A stretch of DNA of 64,000 bases from Candidatus Zapsychrus exili (GTDB taxonomy: Bacteria; Omnitrophota; Gorgyraeia; Zapsychrales; Zapsychraceae): contig JAVCCJ010000121.1 of assembly GCA_030765585.1 (NCBI GenBank), forward strand, positions 7,233-71,232. The letters run 5' to 3'. The notes under the pieces are model-generated. The model searched no databases. It had not been told where the DNA came from and saw only the letters and a program-made list of their open reading frames with translations. Shown here one piece after another: positions 9,201 to 19,014 of the stretch. The translations under genes were made by a program, and so were the position numbers. How positions within the stretch are numbered: position 1 is the first letter of the stretch; every line of letters begins with the position of its first letter.

Positions 9201-11087
9201 ATGAAAAAATACAGCATATCAAAAAAGAGCATACTTTCTATTATGTGCATGTCGTTATTATTAATGACGTGTATTGCCACATCTTTTGCTTTAGCTGAAG
9301 ATGCGGCCGAAACAAAAGAAACCATTGATACTCTGGGTATTGCCGAAATTAGCATGATAAAAGGAGAACTTGATACACTTAAAGTTTATTCTTTGACCAG
9401 AGTTTCTTTAACTGATCCGTCTGTAGCTGATATTGTTGATGCAAACGCTAACGAGATTTTACTTATCGCAAAAGAAGAGGGCCAAACAGCGCTTTTTATT
9501 TGGGATAAACATGGAAAAAGAACTCTTGCGGTAAATGTTTTTAATCAACATTTAGAAAGTATTAAAGGTAGACTTGAAGACTTGCTTGATTCTGCTGGTA
9601 TTTCTGGAATAGTGGTCGAAGTCAACAAAAAAGAAGGAAAGGTCATTGTTGTTGGAGATATAAACGAAGAGCAACAAGAACATTTTGATAAAATTATAGC
9701 ACCTTTTGACAGAGATCTTATTTTATTGACCAGAGAAGAAAAAGCCGAAGATCTTATTCAAATAGATTTGCAAATCACAGAGCTAATTACAACTTTATCT
9801 GAAACCATAGGTGTAGATTGGTCTGCAGGTGATGAAAATAGTGTTGTGTTAACATACGCAGAAAATATGCCTACTTTCAATCAAGGGGGAGTTCAGGATA
9901 TTGTAAAAGTAGGAGCTTTTAATAGAACCTCAGCTTTGCTTGCAACAGTAAATGCTCTTGTATCAGAAGGAAAAGCAAGAATACTTTCTCAACCAAAACT
10001 AGTTGTTGTTAGTGGAGAAGAAGCAAGTTTTTTAGTTGGAGGTGAGATACCAGTTAGGACAACAACTGTTAATGATGATGGTACTGCGGAAAATATAGAA
10101 TATAAAGAATATGGCATTGGTATGACAATTCAACCTACTATTAGAAAAGAGAAAATTGATATAATTCTTGATACAGAAATAAGTGATATAGACGGTTCTT
10201 CTCCTGCAGGAGCAGATGATGTTGCATTCTTAACTAGAGCAGCTCAAACACAACTTTATCTTGAAGACGGGCAAACGATTGTTATCGCTGGTTTGATTAA
10301 AAGTAATAAAAATGAAAGTAGAACTTCGGTTCCATTTTTTAGCAAAATTCCTGTTTTAGGGCTTTTGTTTAGAAGTAGATCTAATCCAGCGGCGAATCAA
10401 GATACAGAAATTGTTATATCTCTTACACCTCATATTTTAGTGGAAGAGAAGAGAAAAGAGGTTGTGGTAGATGAGATAAAAGAAATAGTTAGAAGAGAAG
10501 AAATTATTACTATAATTAATAATGTTTTAGAAGAAGAGATTGTGGAAATTGATGAAGTGGTTGAAGAGACAGAAGGAATGGAAAATGTAGCAGAGAATGC
10601 AGAAGCGGCAAATAAAGGTACTATTTATACAGAGGAAGCTACAGAATTAGAAGAAGTTGAGGCAATTATTGAGGAAGAAAAGGAAGCAGAAGAAGTTGAT
10701 TTGTTTTTTTTAGCAGACGATGATTCTGTTCCAATAGATGAAAAGCCTTATCAAGCGCCAGAAAATGATTATATTTTAGAAGGTATTCCTGAAGAGATGC
10801 AGAACTATGTAAAGGGTGTTCAGCAAGCAATTTTTGAGTCCATATCCTATCCTATCGAAGCAGAAAATTATGGCTGGGAAGGTATGGTTAAGTTAGGTAT
10901 GCTTATTTTAGACGACGGAACACTTGCTTTTGCTCTTGTTAAAGAATCTTCAGGATACGAAGTTTTTGATAACAACGCTTTAGAAACAGCTAAGAATTTA
11001 GCACCATATCCGGCATTTCCATCTGATACTGATCTTATGGAGTTAAGCGTAACAATACCTATCGTATATTCCTTAGATAGTAAATAG
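9201..11087 (+). CDS. cpaC: Tad/T2SS-family secretin (CpaC/RcpA-like) with an acidic linker and a C-terminal TonB_C-like domain
   Basis: Signal peptide. Secretin core ILSQPKLVVVSGEEASFLVGGEIPV...IVIAGLIKSNKNESRTSVPFFSKIPVLGLLFRS. Glu-rich linker. C-terminus ISYPIEAENYGWEGMVKLGMLILDDGTLAFALVKESSGYEVFDNNALETAKNLAPYPAFP...IPIVYSL matches the TonB C-terminal pattern. Confidence 0.8.
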   Translation: MKKYSISKKSILSIMCMSLLLMTCIATSFALAEDAAETKETIDTLGIAEISMIKGELDTLKVYSLTRVSLTDPSVADIVDANANEILLIAKEEGQTALFIWDKHGKRTLAVNVFNQHLESIKGRLEDLLDSAGISGIVVEVNKKEGKVIVVGDINEEQQEHFDKIIAPFDRDLILLTREEKAEDLIQIDLQITELITTLSETIGVDWSAGDENSVVLTYAENMPTFNQGGVQDIVKVGAFNRTSALLATVNALVSEGKARILSQPKLVVVSGEEASFLVGGEIPVRTTTVNDDGTAENIEYKEYGIGMTIQPTIRKEKIDIILDTEISDIDGSSPAGADDVAFLTRAAQTQLYLEDGQTIVIAGLIKSNKNESRTSVPFFSKIPVLGLLFRSRSNPAANQDTEIVISLTPHILVEEKRKEVVVDEIKEIVRREEIITIINNVLEEEIVEIDEVVEETEGMENVAENAEAANKGTIYTEEATELEEVEAIIEEEKEAEEVDLFFLADDDSVPIDEKPYQAPENDYILEGIPEEMQNYVKGVQQAIFESISYPIEAENYGWEGMVKLGMLILDDGTLAFALVKESSGYEVFDNNALETAKNLAPYPAFPSDTDLMELSVTIPIVYSLDSK

Positions 11088-11114
11088 CAAATTTTAATAA
11101 AGAAATTTTAGTTT

Positions 11115-13274
11115 ATGAGCTGTAAAACAATTACTATCTTTAGTAACAAAGGTGGCGTAGGAAAAACTTTTGTTACTATTAATTTAGCTACCGCACTTGC
11201 ATCCGCAGGTAAAAAGACACTTGTCATCGATTTAGATTTTCAAGCAGGCCAAGATATGGCAAGAATGCTTAATTTATCTCCTAGAGGGTCTGTTGCTGAC
11301 TCTTTGTCTAACATAGAAAGCGCAGAGAATCCTGATGTAATAAAAGAATACGTAGCACAACATAAGTCAGGCTTGCACTTTATTCCTGCCGTTAAGAATA
11401 CCAAACAAATAGGTCATGTTACCCCAGACAATATTAAGCTTTTTATGAAGAAAGTAGCTAAGGTATATGATTATATTTTAGTTGATGCCGGTAGATCATT
11501 TAATGAAACTCTTGTAACAGTATTTGATTATTCTAATCTTATATTGCTTGTTGCTACTCCAGATGTTTTGGCAGTTTATCAGGTAAAGTGGTGTTTAGAT
11601 ATTTTGCAAAATCTACAGTTTCCTGCAAATATGATAAAGCTTATATTAAATAGATCTGAGAGCAAAGGCTCTGTGGCGTGGCAAGAAATAAGGACTGCCT
11701 TGCCTTGTGAAATCTTTAGTCATATTCCTTCTGACGGCAAAATAGTTGGTACTGCGATGAATAGAGGTGTTCCATGTGTTTTAGATAGCCCTAAATCTAA
11801 GGTTGCGGAAGCGTTTGTTAAGATGACACATATGCTAAGTCGAGAAGATATTTTTGTTGATGTAGCTGATACTGATAAGATTCGATCAACAGAAGGATTT
11901 GTGAAACCTGGTCAATTTTGGGAGAAGTTTGGGATATTTAAACAAAGCGGGCAAACAGAAAATGTTCTCGGCACTGTAGAAGATGAATTTGCTAATTTAA
12001 AACAAAAAATACATGAAAAACTTATTGAAAGACTTAACTTAGAAGGCATTACTCTTGAGAATTTGAATGATCAGCAGACAATAGAAAAAGTTAAAAAGTC
12101 TTCAGAAGATATTGTAAGAGATTTGTTGGCAGAAGAAATGGGTGGTAATATTTCTTCTCATGAAGAGCGAGCCAGAATAATTAAAGATATTGTAAACGAG
12201 GCTCTTGGATTAGGTCCCTTGGAAGATCTTCTCGCTGATCCGGACGTAACTGACATTATGGTTAATAGTAAAAATGAAATTTATGCTGAAAAGAACGGAA
12301 AAATAATATTAACTAATAAAACTTTTGTGTCAGATTCAAAGATGAGGGCGATTATTGATAGAATTATTGCTCCTTTAGGAAGACGTATTGACGAATCAAC
12401 ACCTATGGTTGATGCGCGACTTCCGGATGGTTCAAGAATTAATGCTATTATCCCACCTTTAGCATTAAACGGACCAATGATTACTATTAGAAAATTTGGA
12501 CAAGAAAGACTTACTATCGCAGATTTGCTTACTATGCATAAAAGTATTACACCTGAGATATCGTCTTTTTTGCAGGCTGCTGTTGTTGCGCGTAAAAATA
12601 TTATTGTCTCCGGAGGAACAGGTGCTGGTAAAACAACACTTTTAAATGTACTTTCTGAGTTTATTCCCGACGGAGAGCGTATTATTACAATAGAAGATGC
12701 TGCTGAGCTTAGACTCAAGAAAACTCATTGTGGAAGGCTTGAATCTAGACCAGCAAACGTTGAAGGAAAAGGAAAAATAACGATAAGAGATTTATTTGTT
12801 AATTGTCTTCGTATGCGTCCAGATAGAATTGTTATTGGTGAGTGTCGTGGTGGAGAGGTATTAGATATGCTTCAGGCAATGAATACAGGACACGATGGAT
12901 CCCTTACAACAATTCATGCTAATTCTACGAGAGATGTTTTGACGCGTCTTCACTCTTTGATTTTATTAAGTGGTATTGAACTTCCAGTTCGTGCAATAAA
13001 CGAGATGGTAGCCTCTGCAATAGATTTGATTGTCCACATAAGCCGTTATTCTGATGGTACAAGAAAAGTAACAGGAGTGTCTGAGGTAATTGGGATAGAT
13101 GATGAATTCCAAATAATTTTAAATGATGTTTTTATCTTTAATCAGCAAGGTATTGATGAGAATGGCAATATTATTGGAAATTATGAAGCCACTGGATATG
13201 TTCCTGAATGTTACGAAGATTTTTCAACGCGCGGTATTAAGATTGATAAAGCAATATTTAATAAACCAAAATAA
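11115..13274 (+). CDS. cpaF: Fusion of a CpaE/TadZ-like ParA/MinD ATPase with a CpaF/TadA secretion ATPase
   Basis: N-terminal deviant Walker A SNKGGVGKTFVTINLA...VIDLDFQ. C-terminal TadA core GGTGAGKTTLLNVL, ITIEDAAEL, RPDRIVIGECRGGE, NTGHDGSLTTIHAN. Confidence 0.8.
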   Translation: MSCKTITIFSNKGGVGKTFVTINLATALASAGKKTLVIDLDFQAGQDMARMLNLSPRGSVADSLSNIESAENPDVIKEYVAQHKSGLHFIPAVKNTKQIGHVTPDNIKLFMKKVAKVYDYILVDAGRSFNETLVTVFDYSNLILLVATPDVLAVYQVKWCLDILQNLQFPANMIKLILNRSESKGSVAWQEIRTALPCEIFSHIPSDGKIVGTAMNRGVPCVLDSPKSKVAEAFVKMTHMLSREDIFVDVADTDKIRSTEGFVKPGQFWEKFGIFKQSGQTENVLGTVEDEFANLKQKIHEKLIERLNLEGITLENLNDQQTIEKVKKSSEDIVRDLLAEEMGGNISSHEERARIIKDIVNEALGLGPLEDLLADPDVTDIMVNSKNEIYAEKNGKIILTNKTFVSDSKMRAIIDRIIAPLGRRIDESTPMVDARLPDGSRINAIIPPLALNGPMITIRKFGQERLTIADLLTMHKSITPEISSFLQAAVVARKNIIVSGGTGAGKTTLLNVLSEFIPDGERIITIEDAAELRLKKTHCGRLESRPANVEGKGKITIRDLFVNCLRMRPDRIVIGECRGGEVLDMLQAMNTGHDGSLTTIHANSTRDVLTRLHSLILLSGIELPVRAINEMVASAIDLIVHISRYSDGTRKVTGVSEVIGIDDEFQIILNDVFIFNQQGIDENGNIIGNYEATGYVPECYEDFSTRGIKIDKAIFNKPK

Positions 13275-13305
13275 ATCCCACCATAAATAAGTTGTAATCC
13301 TTCGT

Positions 13306-13647
13306 ATGCAAATTATAAATATAACAAATAATACCACAATTGCAACTGATGTTGTCGTTGCCGATACTTTTAAAACTCGAGCAATAGGCCTTTTAAATAG
13401 AGAGGGCATTAATGATGGCGAGGCTCTTGTGATCACAAGATGCCAGTCAATACATATGTTTTTTATGAAATTTGCTATTGATGTAATTTTTGCAGATAAA
13501 AATAATCGTGTTGTTGGGCTAGTTAAAACGATAAAACCTTTTTGTTTGAGCCCTCTATTCTTTAAAGCAAATTATGCTGTTGAGCTTTCATCTGGCACAA
13601 TACTTGCCACAAATACCTCTATTGGAGATCAAATAGAGCTAGCGTAA
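13306..13647 (+). CDS. DUF192 (COG1430) family protein
   Basis: ...GLLNREGINDGEALVITRCQSIHMFFMKFAIDVIFADKNNRVVG... fits the DUF192 pattern (GLM.R..L....GMLF.F.....HM..M.FPLDVIF). Confidence 0.5.
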   Translation: MQIINITNNTTIATDVVVADTFKTRAIGLLNREGINDGEALVITRCQSIHMFFMKFAIDVIFADKNNRVVGLVKTIKPFCLSPLFFKANYAVELSSGTILATNTSIGDQIELA

Positions 13648-13922
13648 CCAAAGCCCCTACCTTTTTATTGACCACAAACATACCTATGTTATACTACAAG
13701 TAAGAAATGTCCAATCTGAATGAGCGCATAATTTACGCGACTAAAAGAAGCGCCAATTGCAGTGTGAATTTCTACTTGTTGGTAGACAGGCATCCCTGCG
13801 AAGGTACGTAAAGTCCCGTTGGGACCACGTCCCTTTACGGGCAGGGATCTAAATGGACTCCCGCCTACGCGGGAATGACATTTGATACATTATAAAATTC
13901 AAACATAAGCGAAAGTTCATAT

Positions 13923-15905
13923 ATGGGAGTAATTTACAAGTTTAAACAAGAAGTAATTGATTTTATATTAAGTCAAAAGAAAGAAAACTCTGTGCTTAGT
14001 TGTCGTAAGCTTGCGGATATTGTGTCAAAGAAGTTTAGCTTGGTTGTATCAAAGTCTTCTATAAATACTATTCTTAAAAAAGCTCAATTAAGTAGTTCTG
14101 TTGGAAGAAGAGCTACAAAAAGTGAAAAAGGATTTAAAATTCCTGAAGCAAAGAAAATGCAAATTCAGGAGAATTTAAGGCAGGTTGGTCTTGATTTGTC
14201 TGGAAAAGATCAAAAAGATGAAAAAATGGTACAGTCTTCAGCTTTAGAATCTGATCAAGTTAAAATATTAGATAGCGAGCGTTTGGCAGCTAGTATTGAA
14301 TCTTTAATACAGGAGCCATCTGAAGAATCGCAAGAGTCTGTTATTTCTCATCAGCCTGAACCCGAGTTGGATAATGATTTAGAAGCAAAAGAAGAATTTA
14401 TTAGTCTTCAAAAAGATATTTTTGAGCAAGATATTGAGAAAGTAGAGTCACATCAGGAGAAGGAAGTAATAGAAGAAATAGATGAAGATGTTGATATTGG
14501 AGATGTTGAAAGAAAATATAATGATTTTCTTGATTATGTGGGTCATCTGCGTTCGCAAAAGAAATCATTGTCTTTCTTGAGTCGTTTTGAAGGAATGGGT
14601 GCGATTTTCTTGAAAATATTGCAATGGGAATTTGATAGTGAGGCATTTTTCAGAGATTTTCTTAAAAATAAGATAAATGGAGTGCTTTTAGACGGATTTG
14701 AAAAAGTATGCGATGCTTTTCTTTGTTTTAAACTTTTAGGGATAGATGGGCTAGAGCATATTGATAAGTATAAACATTATGCTTTGCCAGTTTTAGGTGA
14801 TTATGGAGAAGAATTCTCAAGGTTGATAGAAAATAAAGAAGATCTTGAAAATGTTTTGGTCAATTTTTCTGATGATAAATTTTTGCAAAATATAAAAGGA
14901 GAATATGTAAGAGAAAAAGAACAGCTGTTTTTAAAAGTTCGAGGATTTAAAATAATTTTTGAAGATGCAGAATCTTTGTTTATTGATGCTGGGCTTAAAT
15001 CGTTTTATAAAAATATACCACCAGAGAGACTGGCATGTTCTTTTAAAAAATCTTTTAGTTGTCTTTCAAGAAGTTTTGTAAGTAATAATTATCCAGCGGT
15101 GTTTTATCATATTGATGACGAGACACAAGAATTAGTTAGCCTAGTGAACATTGTAGATATTTTAGAGAATTTAAGCTTAAAAGTAATAAAAGAAATAGAG
15201 ATGTTGGGTTTAGATGGCGAGAATTTATCAACGTTTTCAATAATACCTAATATTAAGCGCAAGATAATTTTTGGGCTAAACGCTTCTTGTCAGGCAGTAA
15301 AGATACAGTTGCAGCAGCTGGATTCTTCCTTAACAAAACCTTTTTATCATGAACAAGCAGACAAAATTTATTATTACTGTGAAGATACTATTATTTCTTC
15401 TGAAGATAAAAACGGCAAGCAAACAGATTTAAAATTGATAGCACTTTGTTCTGATAAGACTAAAGATTTTGAACTTGTTATTGTTACAAATATGGTTTCA
15501 TCTGTGGCTTTTGATATAATTTCTGCTTATTTTGACAGAATTCCATATTTGCCAAGTTCTTTTTCTGTTTGTGATGCAATAGATTGTGATAATGCTTTTG
15601 ACAATGTAGACGTTTTAAGTGTTTTGGATGTCATAAATGACCTTAAAAGTGTGTTTGATAATTGTTTCCAGCGTTATCTCTTTGGAGCTGGGATATCTTC
15701 TGATAATGTAAGTGACTTTAAGGCAAAGCTTTATGAACTTCCAGGCTATTTGCAAAAGGATAATGAGCTTCTAAAGGTTATTTTAGATGCATCTGAAGAC
15801 TTTCCTTATTTTAAGGAATTGCAGAATATTGTTAAGGTTGTAAATAGTCAAAATATTTTAGATAAAGAAAATCGTAAGATTTTCATTGAAATTGCTCCTT
15901 CTTGA
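13923..15905 (+). CDS. Hypothetical 660-aa protein between the tad machinery and the pilin array; N-terminal HTH-like segment, acidic linker, large uncharacterized C-terminal domain
   Basis: Long ORF with codon usage like its neighbours. N-terminus SCRKLADIVSKKFSLVVSKSSINTILKK is HTH-like. No recognizable catalytic motifs. Confidence 0.5.
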   Translation: MGVIYKFKQEVIDFILSQKKENSVLSCRKLADIVSKKFSLVVSKSSINTILKKAQLSSSVGRRATKSEKGFKIPEAKKMQIQENLRQVGLDLSGKDQKDEKMVQSSALESDQVKILDSERLAASIESLIQEPSEESQESVISHQPEPELDNDLEAKEEFISLQKDIFEQDIEKVESHQEKEVIEEIDEDVDIGDVERKYNDFLDYVGHLRSQKKSLSFLSRFEGMGAIFLKILQWEFDSEAFFRDFLKNKINGVLLDGFEKVCDAFLCFKLLGIDGLEHIDKYKHYALPVLGDYGEEFSRLIENKEDLENVLVNFSDDKFLQNIKGEYVREKEQLFLKVRGFKIIFEDAESLFIDAGLKSFYKNIPPERLACSFKKSFSCLSRSFVSNNYPAVFYHIDDETQELVSLVNIVDILENLSLKVIKEIEMLGLDGENLSTFSIIPNIKRKIIFGLNASCQAVKIQLQQLDSSLTKPFYHEQADKIYYYCEDTIISSEDKNGKQTDLKLIALCSDKTKDFELVIVTNMVSSVAFDIISAYFDRIPYLPSSFSVCDAIDCDNAFDNVDVLSVLDVINDLKSVFDNCFQRYLFGAGISSDNVSDFKAKLYELPGYLQKDNELLKVILDASEDFPYFKELQNIVKVVNSQNILDKENRKIFIEIAPS

Positions 15906-16082
15906 TAGACTTTGTAATTTATTGTAGCGTTTTTCGCTAACTTGCCTAAAGGAAGCGTTATTCATATTTCCTCCGATGCTTCTTGACGATACTTATACAT
16001 ATGATATACTTTATAGTACTAAGGGTTTTGTGCTTAGTTTTGATAAAAACGCTTAAAATAGTATTTGAGGCGTTTTGGTTAT

Positions 16083-16111
16083 TTGACATGTTATATTTAT
16101 ATGTTATATTT
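16083..16111 (+). promoter_or_regulatory. Sigma70-like promoter candidate upstream of the pilin array (TTGACA-N16-TATATT), embedded in a tandem 13-mer atgttatatttat x2
   Basis: Perfect -35 hexamer. Acceptable -10 after a 16-17 nt spacer. Lies about 180 nt upstream of the first flp gene. Confidence 0.3.
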
Positions 16112-16144
16112 ATTGGATAAAATGCCTAAAATTAGGCTTTTAAT

Positions 16145-16210
16145 TCTTCAAAAATTTAAGAGGATATGAAATATCCTGATTTTTGAAGAGATTCTGAATA
16201 ATCAGAATCA
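16145..16210 (+). promoter_or_regulatory. Two adjacent perfect hairpins/palindromes between the promoter candidate and flp1 (possible operator or attenuator)
   Basis: tcttcaaaaat-ttaagaggatatgaaatatcctgatt-atttttgaaga is a nested palindrome. It is followed by gattctgaataatcagaatc. Confidence 0.3.
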
Positions 16211-16294
16211 TACAGCCCCTTTTGCATAGGAGAAGAAGACGTTAAAGGAAGAGTGGGGGCAAGGTCATTTGTAGCAACAGATAGGTAAACCGCG

Positions 16295-16459
16295 ATGATG
16301 CATTTAATAAAAACAAAAGGAAACAAGGGTCAACACTTAATAGAATATGCCATGGTCGCGGCTATTGTAGCAGCAGCAGTGGTCGCTATGAGTACCTATG
16401 TGTTTAGGTCAGTTCAGTCTACGCAACAAATGATTCATAAAGAGTCTAGAAACGAATAA
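16295..16459 (+). CDS. flp: Flp-family prepilin (54 aa); below the ORF-track size cut-off
   Basis: MMHLIKTKGNKGQHLIEYAMVAAIVAAAVVAMSTYVFRSV.. has the G/QHLIEY class-III prepilin motif and a hydrophobic helix. Read directly from the DNA. Confidence 0.6.
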   Translation: MMHLIKTKGNKGQHLIEYAMVAAIVAAAVVAMSTYVFRSVQSTQQMIHKESRNE

Positions 16460-16517
16460 CAAGAAGTTAGAACAAAAGTAAAATAGAATTGATAACCTTT
16501 TAAGGAGGTCATAAGCG

Positions 16518-16739
16518 ATGTTAAAAAGAAATAAATTAAAAGTACAAACAAAGAAAAAAGGACAAAGCACGGTTGAATATATTATTTTAGTTGCTGGTGT
16601 TTTAGCAGCTTTAATTGTATTTCTACGACCAGGTGGTCCATTTAATAATGCATTAGACTCAACTTTAAATTCACAATTAAGCGAAATGAACACTATGTCT
16701 AGTAGATTAGCGGATTCTCATAATCCAGACGTAAGATGA
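16518..16739 (+). CDS. flp: Flp-family prepilin
   Basis: Strong SD aaggagg. KKGQSTVEYIILVAGVLAALIVF contains G/QSTVEY. Confidence 0.75.
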   Translation: MLKRNKLKVQTKKKGQSTVEYIILVAGVLAALIVFLRPGGPFNNALDSTLNSQLSEMNTMSSRLADSHNPDVR

Positions 16740-16781
16740 CGAACGCTATGTTTAGTAGATTAGCGGATTCTCATAATCCAG
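16693..16781 (+). repeat. 36-nt tandem duplication (period 53 nt) spanning the stop codon of the second flp gene
   Basis: ctatgtctagtagattagcggattctcataatccag (16693-16728) and ctatgtttagtagattagcggattctcataatccag (16746-16781). Confidence 0.7.
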
Positions 16782-16873
16782 GCTAATCTAGGCGTATAGT
16801 TTTTTTTGTAGTAGAATTAATTGTAGAATTTAATCAGTTGAAAGTTAAATTTTATTTTAGGAGGATTAAACAA

Positions 16874-17245
16874 ATGTTAAGAAAATTAATTAAAAATAAG
16901 AAAGCTCAGAATACTGCAGAATACGCTATTTTGATATCTCTTGTTGTAGCTGGTATTGTTGCTATGCAGACGTATGCGCAACGTGCTCTTCAAGCAAGAG
17001 TTTATTCAGCATCTGAGTTGTTATCAACTTCTGCAAATAGTACAGAGGCCGCAGGTTGGTCTTTAGGCGAAGAAAAACAATATGAACCTTATTATCTTAA
17101 TCAAAGTTATGATGTTACATCAGAAGATCAAGAACGCCGTAGTCTAGGAAATCAAGATGTTTCCATGGATACAGCTTCTAATAGAACTAGACAAACAGGT
17201 GGCTATCAAAATACGATGTGGAATGCAGACGACCACATGAACTAA
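16874..17245 (+). CDS. Flp/TadE-like prepilin with an extended C-terminal domain (start taken at the internal Met with SD ggagg, not 16838)
   Basis: MLRKLIKNKKAQNTAEYAILISLVVAGIVAM contains A/QNTAEY. Confidence 0.65.
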   Translation: MLRKLIKNKKAQNTAEYAILISLVVAGIVAMQTYAQRALQARVYSASELLSTSANSTEAAGWSLGEEKQYEPYYLNQSYDVTSEDQERRSLGNQDVSMDTASNRTRQTGGYQNTMWNADDHMN

Positions 17246-17296
17246 GAGTTTAGTTTAAGTACTAAGGTTTAAACTTTATTTAGGAGGATATAAAAG

Positions 17297-17632
17297 ATGT
17301 TAAAATATTTAAATAAAAGACGTAAAAAAGGACAAAGCACACTAGAATATGCTGTTTTAATTATTATTATTATTGGTGCTCTGCTGTCTATTCAGGTTTA
17401 CATTAAAAGAGGTATTCAGGGTCGTCTTAAAAGTGCAACAGATGACATCGGCGATCAATTCTCGCCAGGTAATACAAATGTTAAAGCTTATACTAGAACT
17501 GAGTCCAGGACAATAGAGACTAATGATAAAGGAGCAGCAAGTTCTGTTCTGAGGGAAGATGAGTTAACAGTTTCTAATATGGTTTCCAATGTTATTGATG
17601 TTGAACAAGAATATTGGGGTGGACCAGAGTAG
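17297..17632 (+). CDS. flp: Flp-family prepilin
   Basis: SD ggagg. RRKKGQSTLEYAVLIIIIIGALLSI. Confidence 0.7.
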   Translation: MLKYLNKRRKKGQSTLEYAVLIIIIIGALLSIQVYIKRGIQGRLKSATDDIGDQFSPGNTNVKAYTRTESRTIETNDKGAASSVLREDELTVSNMVSNVIDVEQEYWGGPE

Positions 17633-17854
17633 AGATTAGATGTATTTGTATTTAAATATAAAAGGGGGCATGTTTTTACAACGTGTCCTCTTTTTTGTGT
17701 TTGAATCTATTAGGCGCGGTCTCATCTGGGGCGTTGGGTAGCTACTGTCGCCAAGTATATTTCTTGTATGTGTTATTGTCTTTATAAAAAACATAGTGTA
17801 TACTTAATATACGAATATTAGTATTAATTTTTATTAGTAAGGTAAAATAATATT

Positions 17855-18289
17855 ATGTTAAGACTGTTTAAAGAAAAAAAAGCACAGACCAGCATAGGCG
17901 AATATGCTCTAACTTTCTTTTTGGTCATTGGAGCTATAGCTACAATGACTATTTTTGTTAGAAGAGCCATTCAAGCAAGAATTTATTCAGCACATAAAAT
18001 AATAGCTGATACTGTTGAAACTCGTGCCGCAGGATACAAAATGGCAGGAAATGTTTTTGTTGAATATGAGCCTTATTATACGAACACAGTTATGCAGAGA
18101 AGCATGAGCGCGTCTGCCAATGCTGAGCTTATGTCAAGTGGCGTAGGAACGTCGGGAATTTTTACGAAAGAGTCGTCAGAAGAATCGACTGTTGATAGTA
18201 CAAGCGGTGTAGCAGCGCCTAGCGGAGAGTCAGGTGCGGCTAGAGTGATAGGAGACAATGCAAGCGTACCGCCGCCCAATGGTGATTAA
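17855..18289 (+). CDS. Flp/TadE-like prepilin with a Ser/Gly-rich C-terminal extension
   Basis: EKKAQTSIGEYALTFFLVIGAIATMTIF. Confidence 0.6.
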   Translation: MLRLFKEKKAQTSIGEYALTFFLVIGAIATMTIFVRRAIQARIYSAHKIIADTVETRAAGYKMAGNVFVEYEPYYTNTVMQRSMSASANAELMSSGVGTSGIFTKESSEESTVDSTSGVAAPSGESGAARVIGDNASVPPPNGD

Positions 18290-18305
18290 GAATAGGTAAA
18301 GAATT

Positions 18306-18647
18306 ATGAAAATAAAGAAAATATTATTTGAAAACAAAGCGCAAACAATTTTAGAATATGCTGCTATTTTAAGCATTGTGTCTATAGCGCTTATTACAAT
18401 GAATCCTATGATAAAAAGAGCGCTGCAGGGAGCTATTAGAACTGTTGCTGACCAAATTGGAACTCAAAATGGAGCAGAGCAGGATTTTGATTCAGGTTTT
18501 CTTAATGAATCTCAGACTTCTTCTAGAGCTACAAGTTTTAAGCAAGTAGAGCAACAATTAGGCAATACTATTTATACCTACGATGATAGTACTGATATGG
18601 AGTCGACTGCTTATTCAGACTTAGGGGTAACAGATATAGATAATTAA
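18306..18647 (+). CDS. Flp/TadE-like prepilin
   Basis: ENKAQTILEYAAILSIVSIALITM. Confidence 0.6.
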   Translation: MKIKKILFENKAQTILEYAAILSIVSIALITMNPMIKRALQGAIRTVADQIGTQNGAEQDFDSGFLNESQTSSRATSFKQVEQQLGNTIYTYDDSTDMESTAYSDLGVTDIDN

Positions 18648-18684
18648 GGTAAAAGTTAAAACATAAAGGATAAAGGTACATAAA

Positions 18685-19014
18685 ATGTTAAGAATAAAGA
18701 AAAAAGGCCAGTCGTCATTAGAATATGCAACTCTTATTATTGTTGTCATTGGCGTGTTGCTTACAATGGGGGTTTATTTTAAAAGAGGTATTCAGGGAAG
18801 ATGGAAAGCATCAGCTGATGGTCTAGGCGAACAATATGATCCTAGATATACTATTTCAAATACAGTACATACAATAGAATCAAATACAGAAACATCGCTT
18901 TTTATTGTTCCTGTAGACCCCTTAAATCCTAATGATACGTTTGCAACGCATAGAGTTGATACTACTAGCGCAACTGAAACTAGAGTAGGCAATACAATAG
19001 TTGCTGGATATTAG
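18685..19014 (+). CDS. flp: Flp-family prepilin
   Basis: KKKGQSSLEYATLIIVVIGVLLTM. Confidence 0.7.
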   Translation: MLRIKKKGQSSLEYATLIIVVIGVLLTMGVYFKRGIQGRWKASADGLGEQYDPRYTISNTVHTIESNTETSLFIVPVDPLNPNDTFATHRVDTTSATETRVGNTIVAGY

